A stretch of DNA of 61,563 nt from an uncultured Candidatus Saccharibacteria bacterium (GCA_964364265.1 CAYILA010000006.1:1-61563); one strand, 5' to 3'. Shown: positions 1-8,400, counted from the first letter of the stretch. Program-made: numbers and translations. Notes: a model not told the origin generated them from the sequence alone.

Positions 1-261
1 TGAAAGCGAACATTAATTTTTTCAAATTTCCCTGAAACTTATACTCAAGAACAAGAACGAAAAAATTTCTGCAAGCACGTTCAATGGGAAAGAAGTAGCG
101 TGCACCGGAAAGCATTGGATCGAATGTTTCGTTGAAAATATGAAATGTGTTGCTCGAAAAAGGTTTTTAGTATAACCCTATTTTCGAGGAATGAGGGAAT
201 GACTCTGTTGAAAAAATTTCAATGAAATCTGAAAAGAGCGAACTCACAAAAGAAAAATCAG

Positions 262-849
262 CTATCTTGCTGAGACTATATAGAATCCCCTCTGAATTCC
301 GTCAATTTTATCAGAGATCGAGCAAATTACCTGGTCAAGCGATGCTTTTTTGAAATGCGGGATCTCCGGATCGCCGATAACCACCTTATCGGTTTTATCA
401 TCAAATTCAGTTATCACTGCAAAATGCCCGCAGCTCTTTTGACTTTCTCTTTTCAAGAATGCGTCATTGTACCGCATAATAACATCATACCCTTTTGACA
501 TGTTATTGATTAGAAAAGCCCTTAATTTTTCTTCGCTGTCGAAGCGGTACATTTCTGAGATAGTTAGAGGGATTTTTAATTTATCGAAAAACTTCTGTAT
601 CGAATGCCGTACTTTTTCTATCTGCGTTCCGAACCCTTCTGTGGGCTCTTTTTGTAAATACTTAATCTTTTTATTCATAAAAAAATTCCTGCCCTTGAGA
701 GGCAACCTTAATCCAAGTTCAACACCGATGGTCTCCTGATTGAGGATGTCGAGTCCATGCCGGTAGAGAATCCATTGCAGTGTTGCCGGAACACAACAAT
801 AAGGCAATTGGTAGAACGGTCTATAATTTGGAGTTTGAACATATCTCAT
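262..849 (-). CDS. C39-like papain-fold cysteine peptidase (putative double-glycine leader peptidase)
   Basis: ORF track 262..936(-). Start moved to ATG 849-847 (MRYVQTPNY...) because a minus-strand terminator hairpin occupies 864-893. Q-x5-C (YQLPYCCVPATLQWILYRHG), then CGHFAVI and IGDP, resemble the Gln/Cys/His/Asp layout of C39-type peptidases. Family call from motif recall only. Confidence 0.5.
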   Translation of the reverse strand: MRYVQTPNYRPFYQLPYCCVPATLQWILYRHGLDILNQETIGVELGLRLPLKGRNFFMNKKIKYLQKEPTEGFGTQIEKVRHSIQKFFDKLKIPLTISEMYRFDSEEKLRAFLINNMSKGYDVIMRYNDAFLKRESQKSCGHFAVITEFDDKTDKVVIGDPEIPHFKKASLDQVICSISDKIDGIQRGFYIVSAR

Positions 850-863
850 TGACTCAAGTGTAT

Positions 864-893
864 AAAAAAAGGGGCGCCTTGTACAGGCGCCCC
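864..893 (-). terminator. Rho-independent terminator (minus strand)
   Basis: Perfect 8-bp GC stem ggggcgcc(871-878)/ggcgcccc(886-893) with a 7-nt loop. On the minus strand it is followed by T7 (A-run 864-870). Confidence 0.7.
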
Positions 894-981
894 TCTGTGT
901 GGGCATTACCCCGCACTGTTCTGGTCGTTGGAACACACTATTGCTCTTAAAGGCGGCAAATCTGGTGTTCCTTTGGGCTGC

Positions 982-1092
982 CTAGCCCATGTCGCCTTCG
1001 CCACCACCCTCGCACGATACGCGAGCGGTCTCGGCGCTTTCGGCCAGCGCCTCCAGCTCTTCCTGAGTCAGACCGAAGTCCAGCTCTTTCAT
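982..1092 (-). CDS. hidden 36-aa acidic Cys/Gly peptide MKELDFGLTQEELEALAESAETARVSCEGGGEGDMG (candidate precursor peptide)
   Basis: Hand translation of the minus strand: ATG 1092-1090, TAG 984-982. It begins 7 nt after the rSAM stop (TGA 1102-1100). GGGGGTGA lies 8 nt upstream of the ATG. Too short for the 60-aa ORF track. Confidence 0.5.
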   Translation of the reverse strand: MKELDFGLTQEELEALAESAETARVSCEGGGEGDMG

Positions 1093-1099
1093 GGCTATT

Positions 1100-2344
1100 T
1101 CACCCCCTTTCCCCGTGCCAGAACTGCTTGAGGTAGAGCAGAAAGCCTCTCCTCTCAGAGACGGTCAGACTGCACAGCAACTCCAGAACAAGACTGAAAA
1201 GACGTCGTCGATAGATGCACTCTCGCGGAACTGCGGCAAACTCGCTTCCCGCAACGGAAAACGCATGATGATAGCAGACTCCGCCGCAGAGATACCGGAA
1301 AGGGCACTCCGAACAACCCAATGTCCGGCTTTCCGATCCCTGCTTCAAGGAAACCCTGAATCGCTCAACTGTTGAGTCAACCTCACTTTCGGGAGTTTGC
1401 TCAATGGATCCGAGCGAAAAGAGCATGTTTCCTGTGAAACGAGGGCAGCGGTAGAGCTTGCCTTCCGCAGAGACGGACAGATACGATACGCCTGCGTTGC
1501 AATGCGACCTCTTCCTTTTCTTAAGGACGATTGCGGTAACCGGCTCGGTGACATTCGTGACGTCGAAGTAATCGCCTTGAGCAATAGCCGCATGGTAATC
1601 TCTGAAAAGCTTCCCAATGGATTGCATGAAGCAGTCGAATCCCGCATTGCTCAGATTGTAGTCGAGCGCGTAGGTGATGCGTCTAATGCCGAGCGTTAGA
1701 ATATGCGCCACCGCCTTATTGATCGCTGTGTTTTTGTCAGCGATGGTAATTCGGGCTTGTATGGGTACGCTACCCAGTAGCATCTCTGCTGCTCTGACAG
1801 TATCGGCATACGATCCCTCTCCTCCGGGATACACCCTGTAGGTGTTATGCGCTGCCGGATCGCCATCGATGCTCAACATCACATGGAACGCGTTTTGTCT
1901 CATGAGGTCGACGTGGTTTTGCTCCAAACGAGTTCCGTTAGTCGTGAGTAGATACCGAACCGAGACGCCGTTAGGAACCTTGGCGTTGGCGTAAGCAACA
2001 ACCTCCTCGATCAGATCGAACGCGAGGAGCGGCTCGCCGCCGAAGAAGCCAATCGTTGCGCTCTTTCCGCCGTGCTTGGCAACGGAATTGATGACCAGGT
2101 CGACGCTCCGGTGTGCCGTTTCAGAGCTCATTACGGCCCCAGGGTTGTCGTACCTTCCCTGGCTGGCATAGCAATAACTGCAAGCCAAGTTGCAGTTGTT
2201 GATAAGGTTAAGTGCCAGACTTCTAAGATATGTCCCGCGACTTGAGTCGAAGTCGCTCCCGTTGGAGGGAGCTTTGGCGGTTTTGCCGCCATTTTCGATC
2301 TCGTAGATAGCGAGGGGGAGGGTAAGGGGACGACATTCTATTTT
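1100..2344 (-). CDS. radical SAM enzyme with C-terminal SPASM domain (peptide-maturase / anSME-like)
   Basis: The ORF track (1100..2188) starts at a TTG that lies inside the CX3CX2C motif. The frame is open upstream to 2344 (..LINNCNLACSYCY). Motifs: GGEPLL, TTNG, SIDG. SPASM cysteines C-x12-G-x4-C (CNAGVSYLSVSAEGKLYRC) and CX2CX5CX3C (CSECPFRYLCGGVC). The nearest ATG (2348-2346) is out of frame by one A in an A5 run. Confidence 0.8.
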   Translation of the reverse strand, partial: KIECRPLTLPLAIYEIENGGKTAKAPSNGSDFDSSRGTYLRSLALNLINNCNLACSYCYASQGRYDNPGAVMSSETAHRSVDLVINSVAKHGGKSATIGFFGGEPLLAFDLIEEVVAYANAKVPNGVSVRYLLTTNGTRLEQNHVDLMRQNAFHVMLSIDGDPAAHNTYRVYPGGEGSYADTVRAAEMLLGSVPIQARITIADKNTAINKAVAHILTLGIRRITYALDYNLSNAGFDCFMQSIGKLFRDYHAAIAQGDYFDVTNVTEPVTAIVLKKRKRSHCNAGVSYLSVSAEGKLYRCPRFTGNMLFSLGSIEQTPESEVDSTVERFRVSLKQGSESRTLGCSECPFRYLCGGVCYHHAFSVAGSEFAAVPRECIYRRRLFSLVLELLCSLTVSERRGFLLYLKQFWHGERG

Positions 2345-2347
2345 TCA

Positions 2348-2635
2348 TTGCCTTTATTAAAACAAAAGCCGGTTGACGAACACGAAGGCGAGGGGGCGGT
2401 TATCCAGATGACCAATACAAAGGGCGGAAGCGAGGGAACACCAGGGACGGAAGGGGGAACTAAAGAAATGAAGAACGAAGGAACTAAAGGACAGGAAGAA
2501 CCGAAGGCGCAGGAGATTGTACCTAGTGTCCAGGATTCAGGTAAAACAAATGTCATCCCGACCAAGGCGGAGGGATCTCTCGACTCGAAAGATTCACTCG
2601 CTCGAGATGACGGTAAAAAGGAAGAGAAGAAATAG
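2348..2635 (+). CDS. low-complexity Gly/Glu/Lys/Thr-rich ORF (doubtful)
   Basis: ORF track only. TTG start, no SD, purine-rich low-complexity sequence. It may instead be the non-coding leader of the divergent rSAM gene. Confidence 0.2.
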   Translation: MPLLKQKPVDEHEGEGAVIQMTNTKGGSEGTPGTEGGTKEMKNEGTKGQEEPKAQEIVPSVQDSGKTNVIPTKAEGSLDSKDSLARDDGKKEEKK

Positions 2636-2695
2636 AACTATCGGATATTGACATCGATTAATTGGTTGGTGGTATGATTTGGATACGGAGAAAAA

Positions 2696-3028
2696 ATGAG
2701 TAAAATTACACTAGATGAACTGGCGGCAATGATCGCCAAACAATTTAACGCGATAGATAAGCGATTCGATATTATTGAGAGTGATATCACGGGAATCAAG
2801 GGTGATGTAAGAGATCTTAAGACCGGTCAAAAACGGTTGGAGGATTCGATTTGGGAAATGAGATCCGAATTAAATGACATTAAAAAGCGAATAGAACGCA
2901 TTGAAAAAAGAACTCTGGAAAGCTTGCCCCCGACCCGATCGGGGGACGATGATGTTATGGTCTCGGAAATCGTAGCTCTTAAAAAGCGTGTACTAATTTT
3001 AGAGACTAAGCTTAACAAATCGCCTTAG
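2696..3028 (+). CDS. small coiled-coil protein, function unknown
   Basis: ORF track. GGAG 7 nt upstream of the ATG. TTGACA(2648-2653)-N19-TGgTATGAT upstream. Heptad-like charged sequence. Confidence 0.6.
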   Translation: MSKITLDELAAMIAKQFNAIDKRFDIIESDITGIKGDVRDLKTGQKRLEDSIWEMRSELNDIKKRIERIEKRTLESLPPTRSGDDDVMVSEIVALKKRVLILETKLNKSP

Positions 3029-3062
3029 AAGATTTCATTCGCTATCTTCTATCTTTTATCTT

Positions 3063-3845
3063 CTATTCTTTGTTCCAGTCTTGGGCTGAATTTTTAGAGG
3101 TTACGAGACGAAGTTTCTCGTCGGAGCTTTCAATTAATTGCGGGGTCTTTGCCACGACGGCGCTACCGCAGATTAGTCCGGTTGGAGATTTAGTAAAAAT
3201 GCGCAGTGAACGACCGCGGAAGATTGAGTTAAAAATCTTTTCCTGCGGTTTTTTTGATCCGAAAAACGAACTGATCCGGTTTACAAATTGGGATTCGGTT
3301 GGGTTGGCGGAGGAGATAGTAACGTCGAGATAATCGTCACCGATTTTTTTTATTTTTGGGTCAAACATCGAGACCGTCAAAGTAGTTGCCCGTGTTTGGA
3401 TGATGAAATCCTTAAATTCCAAAGTTATCTCGGTTGAGCCGTTGATAGCCAGCGAGGTTTTGGTTAAGAAAGCGTAGCCGCTGGCGGTTTGGCCGAGTCG
3501 GATTTCGGAGATTTTACGAAATCGCAGGGACTCGCAGGCCTCCCGCCAATGGTTGACACCGATTAACCGATATAATTCCGGCGTCGCTTCAAGCGGGATG
3601 ACGCCAAATGCTTCTTTCCGGCCGACAAGCCGACCGGCAACCGCATTGGCGATTTCATCTCCTCCGACTGCCACAAAAGTGCTGTATTGTTTGGACAAAC
3701 CGATACTGACCAGCTCATTGGCATTTTGAGCGGCAGTCGGATAAGTATATTCGCCGGCAATCCCAAGGGAACCTAGATAATCTTTTATTTCTTGAACTTG
3801 GGAACGCTTTTTGCATTTTTTTATATCAAAAATGTAGTAGTACAT
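3063..3845 (-). CDS. diacylglycerol/lipid kinase family protein (YegS/BmrU-like)
   Basis: ORF track. Degenerate GGDG-type motif (VAVGGDEIANAV) and overall DAGK catalytic-domain-like layout. Recall-based. Confidence 0.5.
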   Translation of the reverse strand: MYYYIFDIKKCKKRSQVQEIKDYLGSLGIAGEYTYPTAAQNANELVSIGLSKQYSTFVAVGGDEIANAVAGRLVGRKEAFGVIPLEATPELYRLIGVNHWREACESLRFRKISEIRLGQTASGYAFLTKTSLAINGSTEITLEFKDFIIQTRATTLTVSMFDPKIKKIGDDYLDVTISSANPTESQFVNRISSFFGSKKPQEKIFNSIFRGRSLRIFTKSPTGLICGSAVVAKTPQLIESSDEKLRLVTSKNSAQDWNKE

Positions 3846-3883
3846 TAAATAAACACGGTTAATCGGTGGGCGTTAATCGGTGA

Positions 3884-4084
3884 CGAAGCCCGACCCAAAG
3901 GGTCCCCTTCGGGGTTTCGGTTCCGCCAGCTGGCGAATGTTTAGGGGTTACGGCCGTCCGCCTTGGCTTGTGCTGGGCGAGACAGGTTACCGCTTGCCCT
4001 TTGACGATACTCTTCGAATCCCGAGCCACATCCCTCAGAGTCGAGGGACGGGTCTCGTTACCGTACTCCGAATACCGTGTCCCG
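3884..4084. repeat. GC-rich structured repeat element E1
   Basis: Contains hairpins gaccc-aaa-gggtc, cccc-ttcg-gggg and cgccagctggcg. The 49-nt core 4004-4052 is the exact reverse complement of 7836-7884. Confidence 0.8.
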
Positions 4085-4086
4085 TA

Positions 4087-4557
4087 TTATTTTCTAAAAA
4101 ATCCGAGGGGATCGCGTTCTTTTGGTTTTTCCTCTCCGCCAGCTGGCGGATTGTCCTTGTCGTCTTCTTCTTTTTGATCCTTCTCATCGGCCGTTTCCTC
4201 TTTTTTATCCTCGGTCGTTTCGCCGACCTTGGTTTCGCTTGGCATCAAGCTCTTGCCGACAAAGGTAGCGCCCTGTTGGATAATCAAGCTCTTGGCATTA
4301 ATATCGCCGACAACATTACCGGTTGGATGAATTTCCAGTTTTTCGGTCGCCTCAATAATACCGTGAACTTCACCGGCGATTTCAATCGTTTTGGCGGTAA
4401 CCGGTCCTTTGACTTTGGCGGTCTCGCCAATATTGATATGTTCGTCGCTCCTCACCTCCCCTTCAACATTGCCGTTAACCTGAATTGAGCCCTTGTTTTT
4501 CAGGTTGCCCTTCAAGGTTACATTCAAACCGATGATGGTATCGATCGTGTTCTCCAT
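4087..4557 (-). CDS. bactofilin (polymer-forming cytoskeletal protein) with acidic C-terminal tail
   Basis: ORF track. Repetitive beta-helix pattern (VTLKGNLKNKGSIQVNGNVEGEV...IAGEVHGIIEA...VVGDINAKSLIIQQGATFVG) typical of the bactofilin/DUF583 family. Confidence 0.85.
   Translation of the reverse strand: MENTIDTIIGLNVTLKGNLKNKGSIQVNGNVEGEVRSDEHINIGETAKVKGPVTAKTIEIAGEVHGIIEATEKLEIHPTGNVVGDINAKSLIIQQGATFVGKSLMPSETKVGETTEDKKEETADEKDQKEEDDKDNPPAGGEEKPKERDPLGFFRK
4135..4150. repeat. 16-bp perfect palindrome TCCGCCAGCTGGCGGA (encodes PPAGG) inside the bactofilin tail
   Basis: Read directly. Same core at 35584-35599. Variants at 36990-37005, 56888-56903 and 3922-3936. Confidence 0.9.
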
Positions 4558-4707
4558 ATTTCTCCTCTAGTTAATATTTTCGATAATCATACAAAGTATG
4601 AAAAAAGAAGGATTGATTTCCCCTTCTTTTGGTTTCATTAATATTTGTATCATAGCATAATTCCACATTGCAAGGGGTGGGGATAACCAGCCGAAGGCTG
4701 GTAATGT

Positions 4708-4818
4708 TAAATTTCTAATTTCTTATTTCTAAATAATATCAAAAATTAAATCATCAAATAAAAAGACTAGAAACAACTTTCGGTCTTATTAGGATTTAGG
4801 GTTTAGATATTAGGATTT
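4708..4818. repeat. family A palindromic element (AT-rich long hairpin), intergenic copy upstream of uvrA
   Basis: Left arm aaatttctaatttcttatttctaaataatatcaaaaatt, right arm attaggatttagggtttagatattaggattt. Shares these words with 8277-8387, 8614-8725 and 26558-26660. Confidence 0.7.
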
Positions 4819-4915
4819 GTTCTGGATGTGATGGCTCCACTCCTTGATTGGACTTGACAAAGGTGGTAAAATGGTGCGGCTTTGGACCTTATTCAACAAA
4901 TCAAAAAGTCTCAAT

Positions 4916-7822
4916 ATGGATAATATAAAAATAAGCGGCGCCAGAGAACATAATTTAAAGAACATTTCCCTCGAAATTCCAAGGGATAAGTTGGTGGTCA
5001 TCACCGGTTTGTCCGGCTCGGGAAAGTCCTCCCTGGCTTTCGACACCATTTATGCCGAGGGGCAGCGCCGCTATGTCGAATCCCTGTCCTCTTACGCCAG
5101 ACAGTTTTTGGGTCTAATGGAAAAACCGGATGTCGATTACATCGAGGGTTTATCGCCGGCGATATCGATCGACCAAAAATCAGCTTCCCGCAATCCCCGC
5201 TCGACGGTTGGCACCGTGACCGAAATCTATGATTATATGAGAGTCCTCTTCGCCAGAGCGGGGGAAGCCCACTGTCCTAATTGCCGCAAAAAAGTAACCC
5301 GCCAAACTGTCGGCCAGATTGTCGACCAGGTAATTTATTTTGCCAAGAAAACGGAACGGATTGCGGTTCTGGCGCCGGAAGTGGAGGACAAAAAGGGCGG
5401 GCATCAGGACATTTTCCAAAAAATTGCCAAAATGGGTTACTCCCGGGTTCGGCTTGACGGTGTAATTATGGAAATCGAAGAGGCAAGCGCCAAAGAATTG
5501 GATAAGAACAAAAATCACAACATTGAAATTGTGGTTGACCGTCTGATTTTGGAAAAAGAGGGGATCGATGAATCAACTAAAAAACGGCTCTACGATTCAA
5601 TTGAAAAAGCGCTTCTTGCCGGCAAGGGCCGGGTTTTAATCTATAACCTGCCTACCGGTCAGGCAGGTTTCGAAACGGAAAAAACTGAAAACTATTCGGA
5701 ACTGTTTGCCTGTCCGGACTGCAAAATTTCCCTGCCGGAGATTTTGCCCCGTTCCTTTTCTTTCAATTCGCCGCACGGCGCTTGTCCGGTCTGTCAGGGT
5801 TTAGGCGTCCGGCAGGAGATTGAGCCAAGGTTGGTATTACCCAATGCCAGATTGACTATTAACGAGGGGGCGATAAGACCGTGGTCCCGAAGTTCGGCTA
5901 ATCTGGGTTGGTATTTTTCAATCCTCTCGGCGGCTGCCAAAAAACATCAGATCGATATGGATACGCCGATCTCCCAGTTATCGAAAGAGAATCTGAAAAT
6001 AATTCTCTATGGCAGCGGCGAAGAGATTTTAAATGTCCGGGGATATGAAACAAAATATGAGGGCATTATTCCAAATTTGCTCCGCCGATATAAAGAAACG
6101 CAATCGGAGTATATAAAGAAAGAAATCGAAAGATATATGGTCATCCGCCCCTGTCCCTCTTGCGGCGGAAAAAGATTGAAAAAAGAGGTATTGGGAGTTT
6201 TAATTGCCGACAAGAATATTGTCGAGGTTTCCGATTTGACAATTGAAAAATGTTTAGAATTTTTTATCAAACTTCCGAAAAAACTAAACTCGGAACAAAA
6301 CGCTATCGCTGTTCAACTGATTAAAGAAATTAAAGAACGGCTTAAATTTTTAATCGATGTCGGACTTTCTTACCTTACCTTAAATAGAAATGCCGCCACT
6401 TTGGCCGGCGGGGAAGCCCAGCGGATCCGCCTGGCAACCCAGATCGGCTCCGGCCTGATGGGCGTTTTATATATTTTAGATGAGCCCTCAATCGGTCTTC
6501 ATCAGAGAGATAACGCCAGATTAATTGAGACGATCAAAAATCTGCGCGACCTTGGCAACTCGATCATCGTGGTTGAACATGATCAGGAAATGATAATGAA
6601 TTCCGACTGGCTGATTGATATCGGACCGGGCGCCGGCGAACACGGCGGGGAAGTTATCTGTCAGGGAAAACCGGAGGATATCTTGAATTGCGAGGATTCA
6701 ATCACCGCCAAATATCTAAAAGGCGTCGAGGAAATCCCGATTCCGAAATTCAGACGGCCGGGAAACGGCAGCGTTCTTGAAATCGTCGGCGCGACTGAAA
6801 ATAATTTGAAGGGCATTTCGGTAAAAATTCCGCTTAAGACTTTTTCTTGTGTTACCGGTGTTTCCGGATCGGGAAAATCGACTTTAATCAACGATATTTT
6901 GGCCAAGGCCCTTTCAAAAGAGTTCCACCGGGCCAAGACGGAGCCGGGCGAGCACAAAGAAATATTGGGGACAAAAAATCTTGATAAAGTGATCGACATC
7001 GACCAATCGCCGATCGGCAAGTCGCCCCGATCGAATTCGGCAACATATACCGGCATATTTACAACAATCAGAGAACTTTTCGCCCAAACATCGGAGTCTA
7101 AGATGCGCGGATATAAAGCGGGTCGGTTTTCATTTAATGTGAAGGGCGGTCGTTGTGAGAAATGTCGCGGCGAAGGCGTTTTGAAAATCGAGATGCACTT
7201 TTTGCCTGATGTTTATATTACCTGCGAGGAGTGCAAGGGCAAAAGATACAACAAAGAAGCCCTTGAAATCCGATATAAAGGAAAGAATATTGCCGATATT
7301 TTGGAGATGACGGTTGAGGAAGCGGCGTCATTGTTCCAAAATATCCCTCCGATTGTCGAAAAGATGCGGGTTTTGGTTGATGTCGGCTTGGGCTATATTC
7401 GTCTCGGTCAGCCGGCCACGACACTCTCCGGCGGCGAAGCCCAAAGAATAAAACTGGCGACCGAACTTTCGCACCGCAGCACCGGTAAAACTTTATATAT
7501 TTTAGACGAACCGACGACCGGACTTCATTTTGAAGACATCCGCCGGCTTTTGGGGGTTCTGGCGGCGCTGGTGGATAAGGGCAATACCGTTTTGGTAATC
7601 GAGCACAATCTTGATGTGATCAAATCGGCTGATTACCTTATCGATCTGGGACCGGACGGTGGCGATAAGGGGGGAGAGGTACTGGCTACCGGCACGCCGG
7701 AGGAGGTAGCTAAAGTTAAAAAGTCATATACGGGACAGTATTTAAATAAATTACTCAATGGTTCAATTGTTAAATTGTCCAATCCCAAAAACGGTAAACG
7801 GTATACGGCCTGCCTGCGGTAG
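4916..7822 (+). CDS. uvrA: excinuclease ABC subunit A
   Basis: ORF track 4844..7822. Likely start [17 protein letters not shown] at 4916. Two ABC ATPase modules ([24 protein letters not shown]), LSGGEAQR signatures and zinc-finger Cys pairs. Confidence 0.95.
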   Translation: MDNIKISGAREHNLKNISLEIPRDKLVVITGLSGSGKSSLAFDTIYAEGQRRYVESLSSYARQFLGLMEKPDVDYIEGLSPAISIDQKSASRNPRSTVGTVTEIYDYMRVLFARAGEAHCPNCRKKVTRQTVGQIVDQVIYFAKKTERIAVLAPEVEDKKGGHQDIFQKIAKMGYSRVRLDGVIMEIEEASAKELDKNKNHNIEIVVDRLILEKEGIDESTKKRLYDSIEKALLAGKGRVLIYNLPTGQAGFETEKTENYSELFACPDCKISLPEILPRSFSFNSPHGACPVCQGLGVRQEIEPRLVLPNARLTINEGAIRPWSRSSANLGWYFSILSAAAKKHQIDMDTPISQLSKENLKIILYGSGEEILNVRGYETKYEGIIPNLLRRYKETQSEYIKKEIERYMVIRPCPSCGGKRLKKEVLGVLIADKNIVEVSDLTIEKCLEFFIKLPKKLNSEQNAIAVQLIKEIKERLKFLIDVGLSYLTLNRNAATLAGGEAQRIRLATQIGSGLMGVLYILDEPSIGLHQRDNARLIETIKNLRDLGNSIIVVEHDQEMIMNSDWLIDIGPGAGEHGGEVICQGKPEDILNCEDSITAKYLKGVEEIPIPKFRRPGNGSVLEIVGATENNLKGISVKIPLKTFSCVTGVSGSGKSTLINDILAKALSKEFHRAKTEPGEHKEILGTKNLDKVIDIDQSPIGKSPRSNSATYTGIFTTIRELFAQTSESKMRGYKAGRFSFNVKGGRCEKCRGEGVLKIEMHFLPDVYITCEECKGKRYNKEALEIRYKGKNIADILEMTVEEAASLFQNIPPIVEKMRVLVDVGLGYIRLGQPATTLSGGEAQRIKLATELSHRSTGKTLYILDEPTTGLHFEDIRRLLGVLAALVDKGNTVLVIEHNLDVIKSADYLIDLGPDGGDKGGEVLATGTPEEVAKVKKSYTGQYLNKLLNGSIVKLSNPKNGKRYTACLR

Positions 7823-7891
7823 GCAGGTAACGAAGCCCGTCCCTCGACTCTGAGGGATGTGGCTCGGGATTCGAAGAGTATCGTGAGGCGA
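7813..7891. repeat. repeat element E2 (hairpin plus 49-nt core), flanked by a 17/18-nt direct repeat
   Basis: Core 7836-7884 is the reverse complement of 4004-4052 (49/49). Hairpin cctgcct-gcggt-aggcagg at 7809-7827 contains the uvrA stop codon. Flanks are taaacggtatacggcctg (7795-7812) and taaacggtaacggcctg (7892-7908). Confidence 0.8.
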
Positions 7892-7935
7892 TAAACGGTA
7901 ACGGCCTGATACCGGAAAACCACGACAGATTGGTG

Positions 7936-7964
7936 TTGCGATATGACTTAATTTAGGTTATAAT
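7936..7964 (+). promoter_or_regulatory. sigma70-type promoter of the RNase P RNA gene
   Basis: TTGCGA(7936-7941)-N17-TATAAT(7959-7964). The predicted start is about 7970, at the first base pairs of helix P1. Confidence 0.6.
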
Positions 7965-8014
7965 AGATCAGCTTCAAAGTAATCTAGATGACTACTGCCG
8001 TGCTTCGCACTTTT

Positions 8015-8152
8015 CCTACGAAAGTACAAATTCATCGAAAATACGAAACTACGAATAGATTTCATTAAATAATTCGTAATTTAGAACTTTAGTAATTTCG
8101 TTTGATTCGTCCGCCTCGGCTCGTGCCGACGCGAGACGGGTAATTTGGTAGG
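8015..8152. repeat. family B palindromic element inserted at the apex of RNase P helix P3
   Basis: Runs cctacgaaagtac...taatttggtagg and carries the 30-nt module ccgcctcggctcgtgccgacgcgagacggg (8111-8140). It is flanked by ccgtgcttcgcac / gtgcgcagcgcgg, which can form the P3 base stem. Confidence 0.8.
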
Positions 8153-8263
8153 TAGAGTGCGCAGCGCGGTGGAGGAAAGTCCGAGCACTATAGAGCAGGG
8201 CGCTTGTGAAAACAAGAGGGCCGTAAGGTCCTAGAACAGCGCAACAGAAAATAAACCGCCAAA

Positions 8264-8400
8264 CCGTGCGAAGCACGGAAATCCGAAATCCTAATTTCTA
8301 AATCCGAAACAATATCAAAATTCAAGTATTTAAATGTTTGAAAATTGGAATTTGTTTAGGATTTAGGGTTTCGATATTAGAATTTCCGCGCTCCGCGCGG
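8264..8400. repeat. family A palindromic element at the RNase P P12 position
   Basis: Lies between AAACCGCC and GGTAAGGGTGAAA. Layout: ccgtgc-gaa-gcacgg, then the long AT-rich hairpin ggaaatccgaaatcc...gatattagaatttcc, then ccgcgc-tc-... gcgcgg. Confidence 0.8.

Noticed and set aside
1-115. A minus-strand ORF starts at ATG 115-113 (MLSGARYFFPIERACRNFFVLVLEYKFQGNLKKLMFAF...) and runs off the left edge. It could be a further gene of the peptidase/rSAM neighbourhood.
   Set aside because: Only 38 codons are visible, with no SD and no recognisable motif. It cannot be supported from this window.
928-1131. A plus-strand 67-aa ORF covers the spacer between the C39-like and rSAM genes.
   Set aside because: It has no SD, overlaps the rSAM 3' end, and is antisense to a better-supported small ORF (982-1092, SD plus translational coupling). 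It is likely a GC-rich shadow ORF.
1100-2347. The in-frame TGA upstream of the rSAM frame (2347-2345) could indicate an alternative genetic code (TGA as sense), as used by some CPR lineages.
   Set aside because: TGA clearly terminates well-conserved genes here (for example uvrB at 27416-27418 and the rSAM gene itself). All long housekeeping ORFs are intact under the standard bacterial code.
4008-4030. TTCGAATCC within the 49-nt core resembles a tRNA or tmRNA T-loop.
   Set aside because: The flanking bases (tactc / cgagc) cannot form a T-stem, and there is no acceptor stem, anticodon arm or CCA context. I recognised no tRNA anywhere in the window.
3880-4488. A 202-aa plus-strand ORF (plus 3968-4177) spans the GC-rich spacer and the bactofilin gene.
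   Set aside because: It is antisense to a clear bactofilin gene. Its 5' part is the structured repeat element E1. The similar peptide LTILFESRATSLRVEGR seen at 7633-7923(-) merely reflects translation of the repeated DNA.
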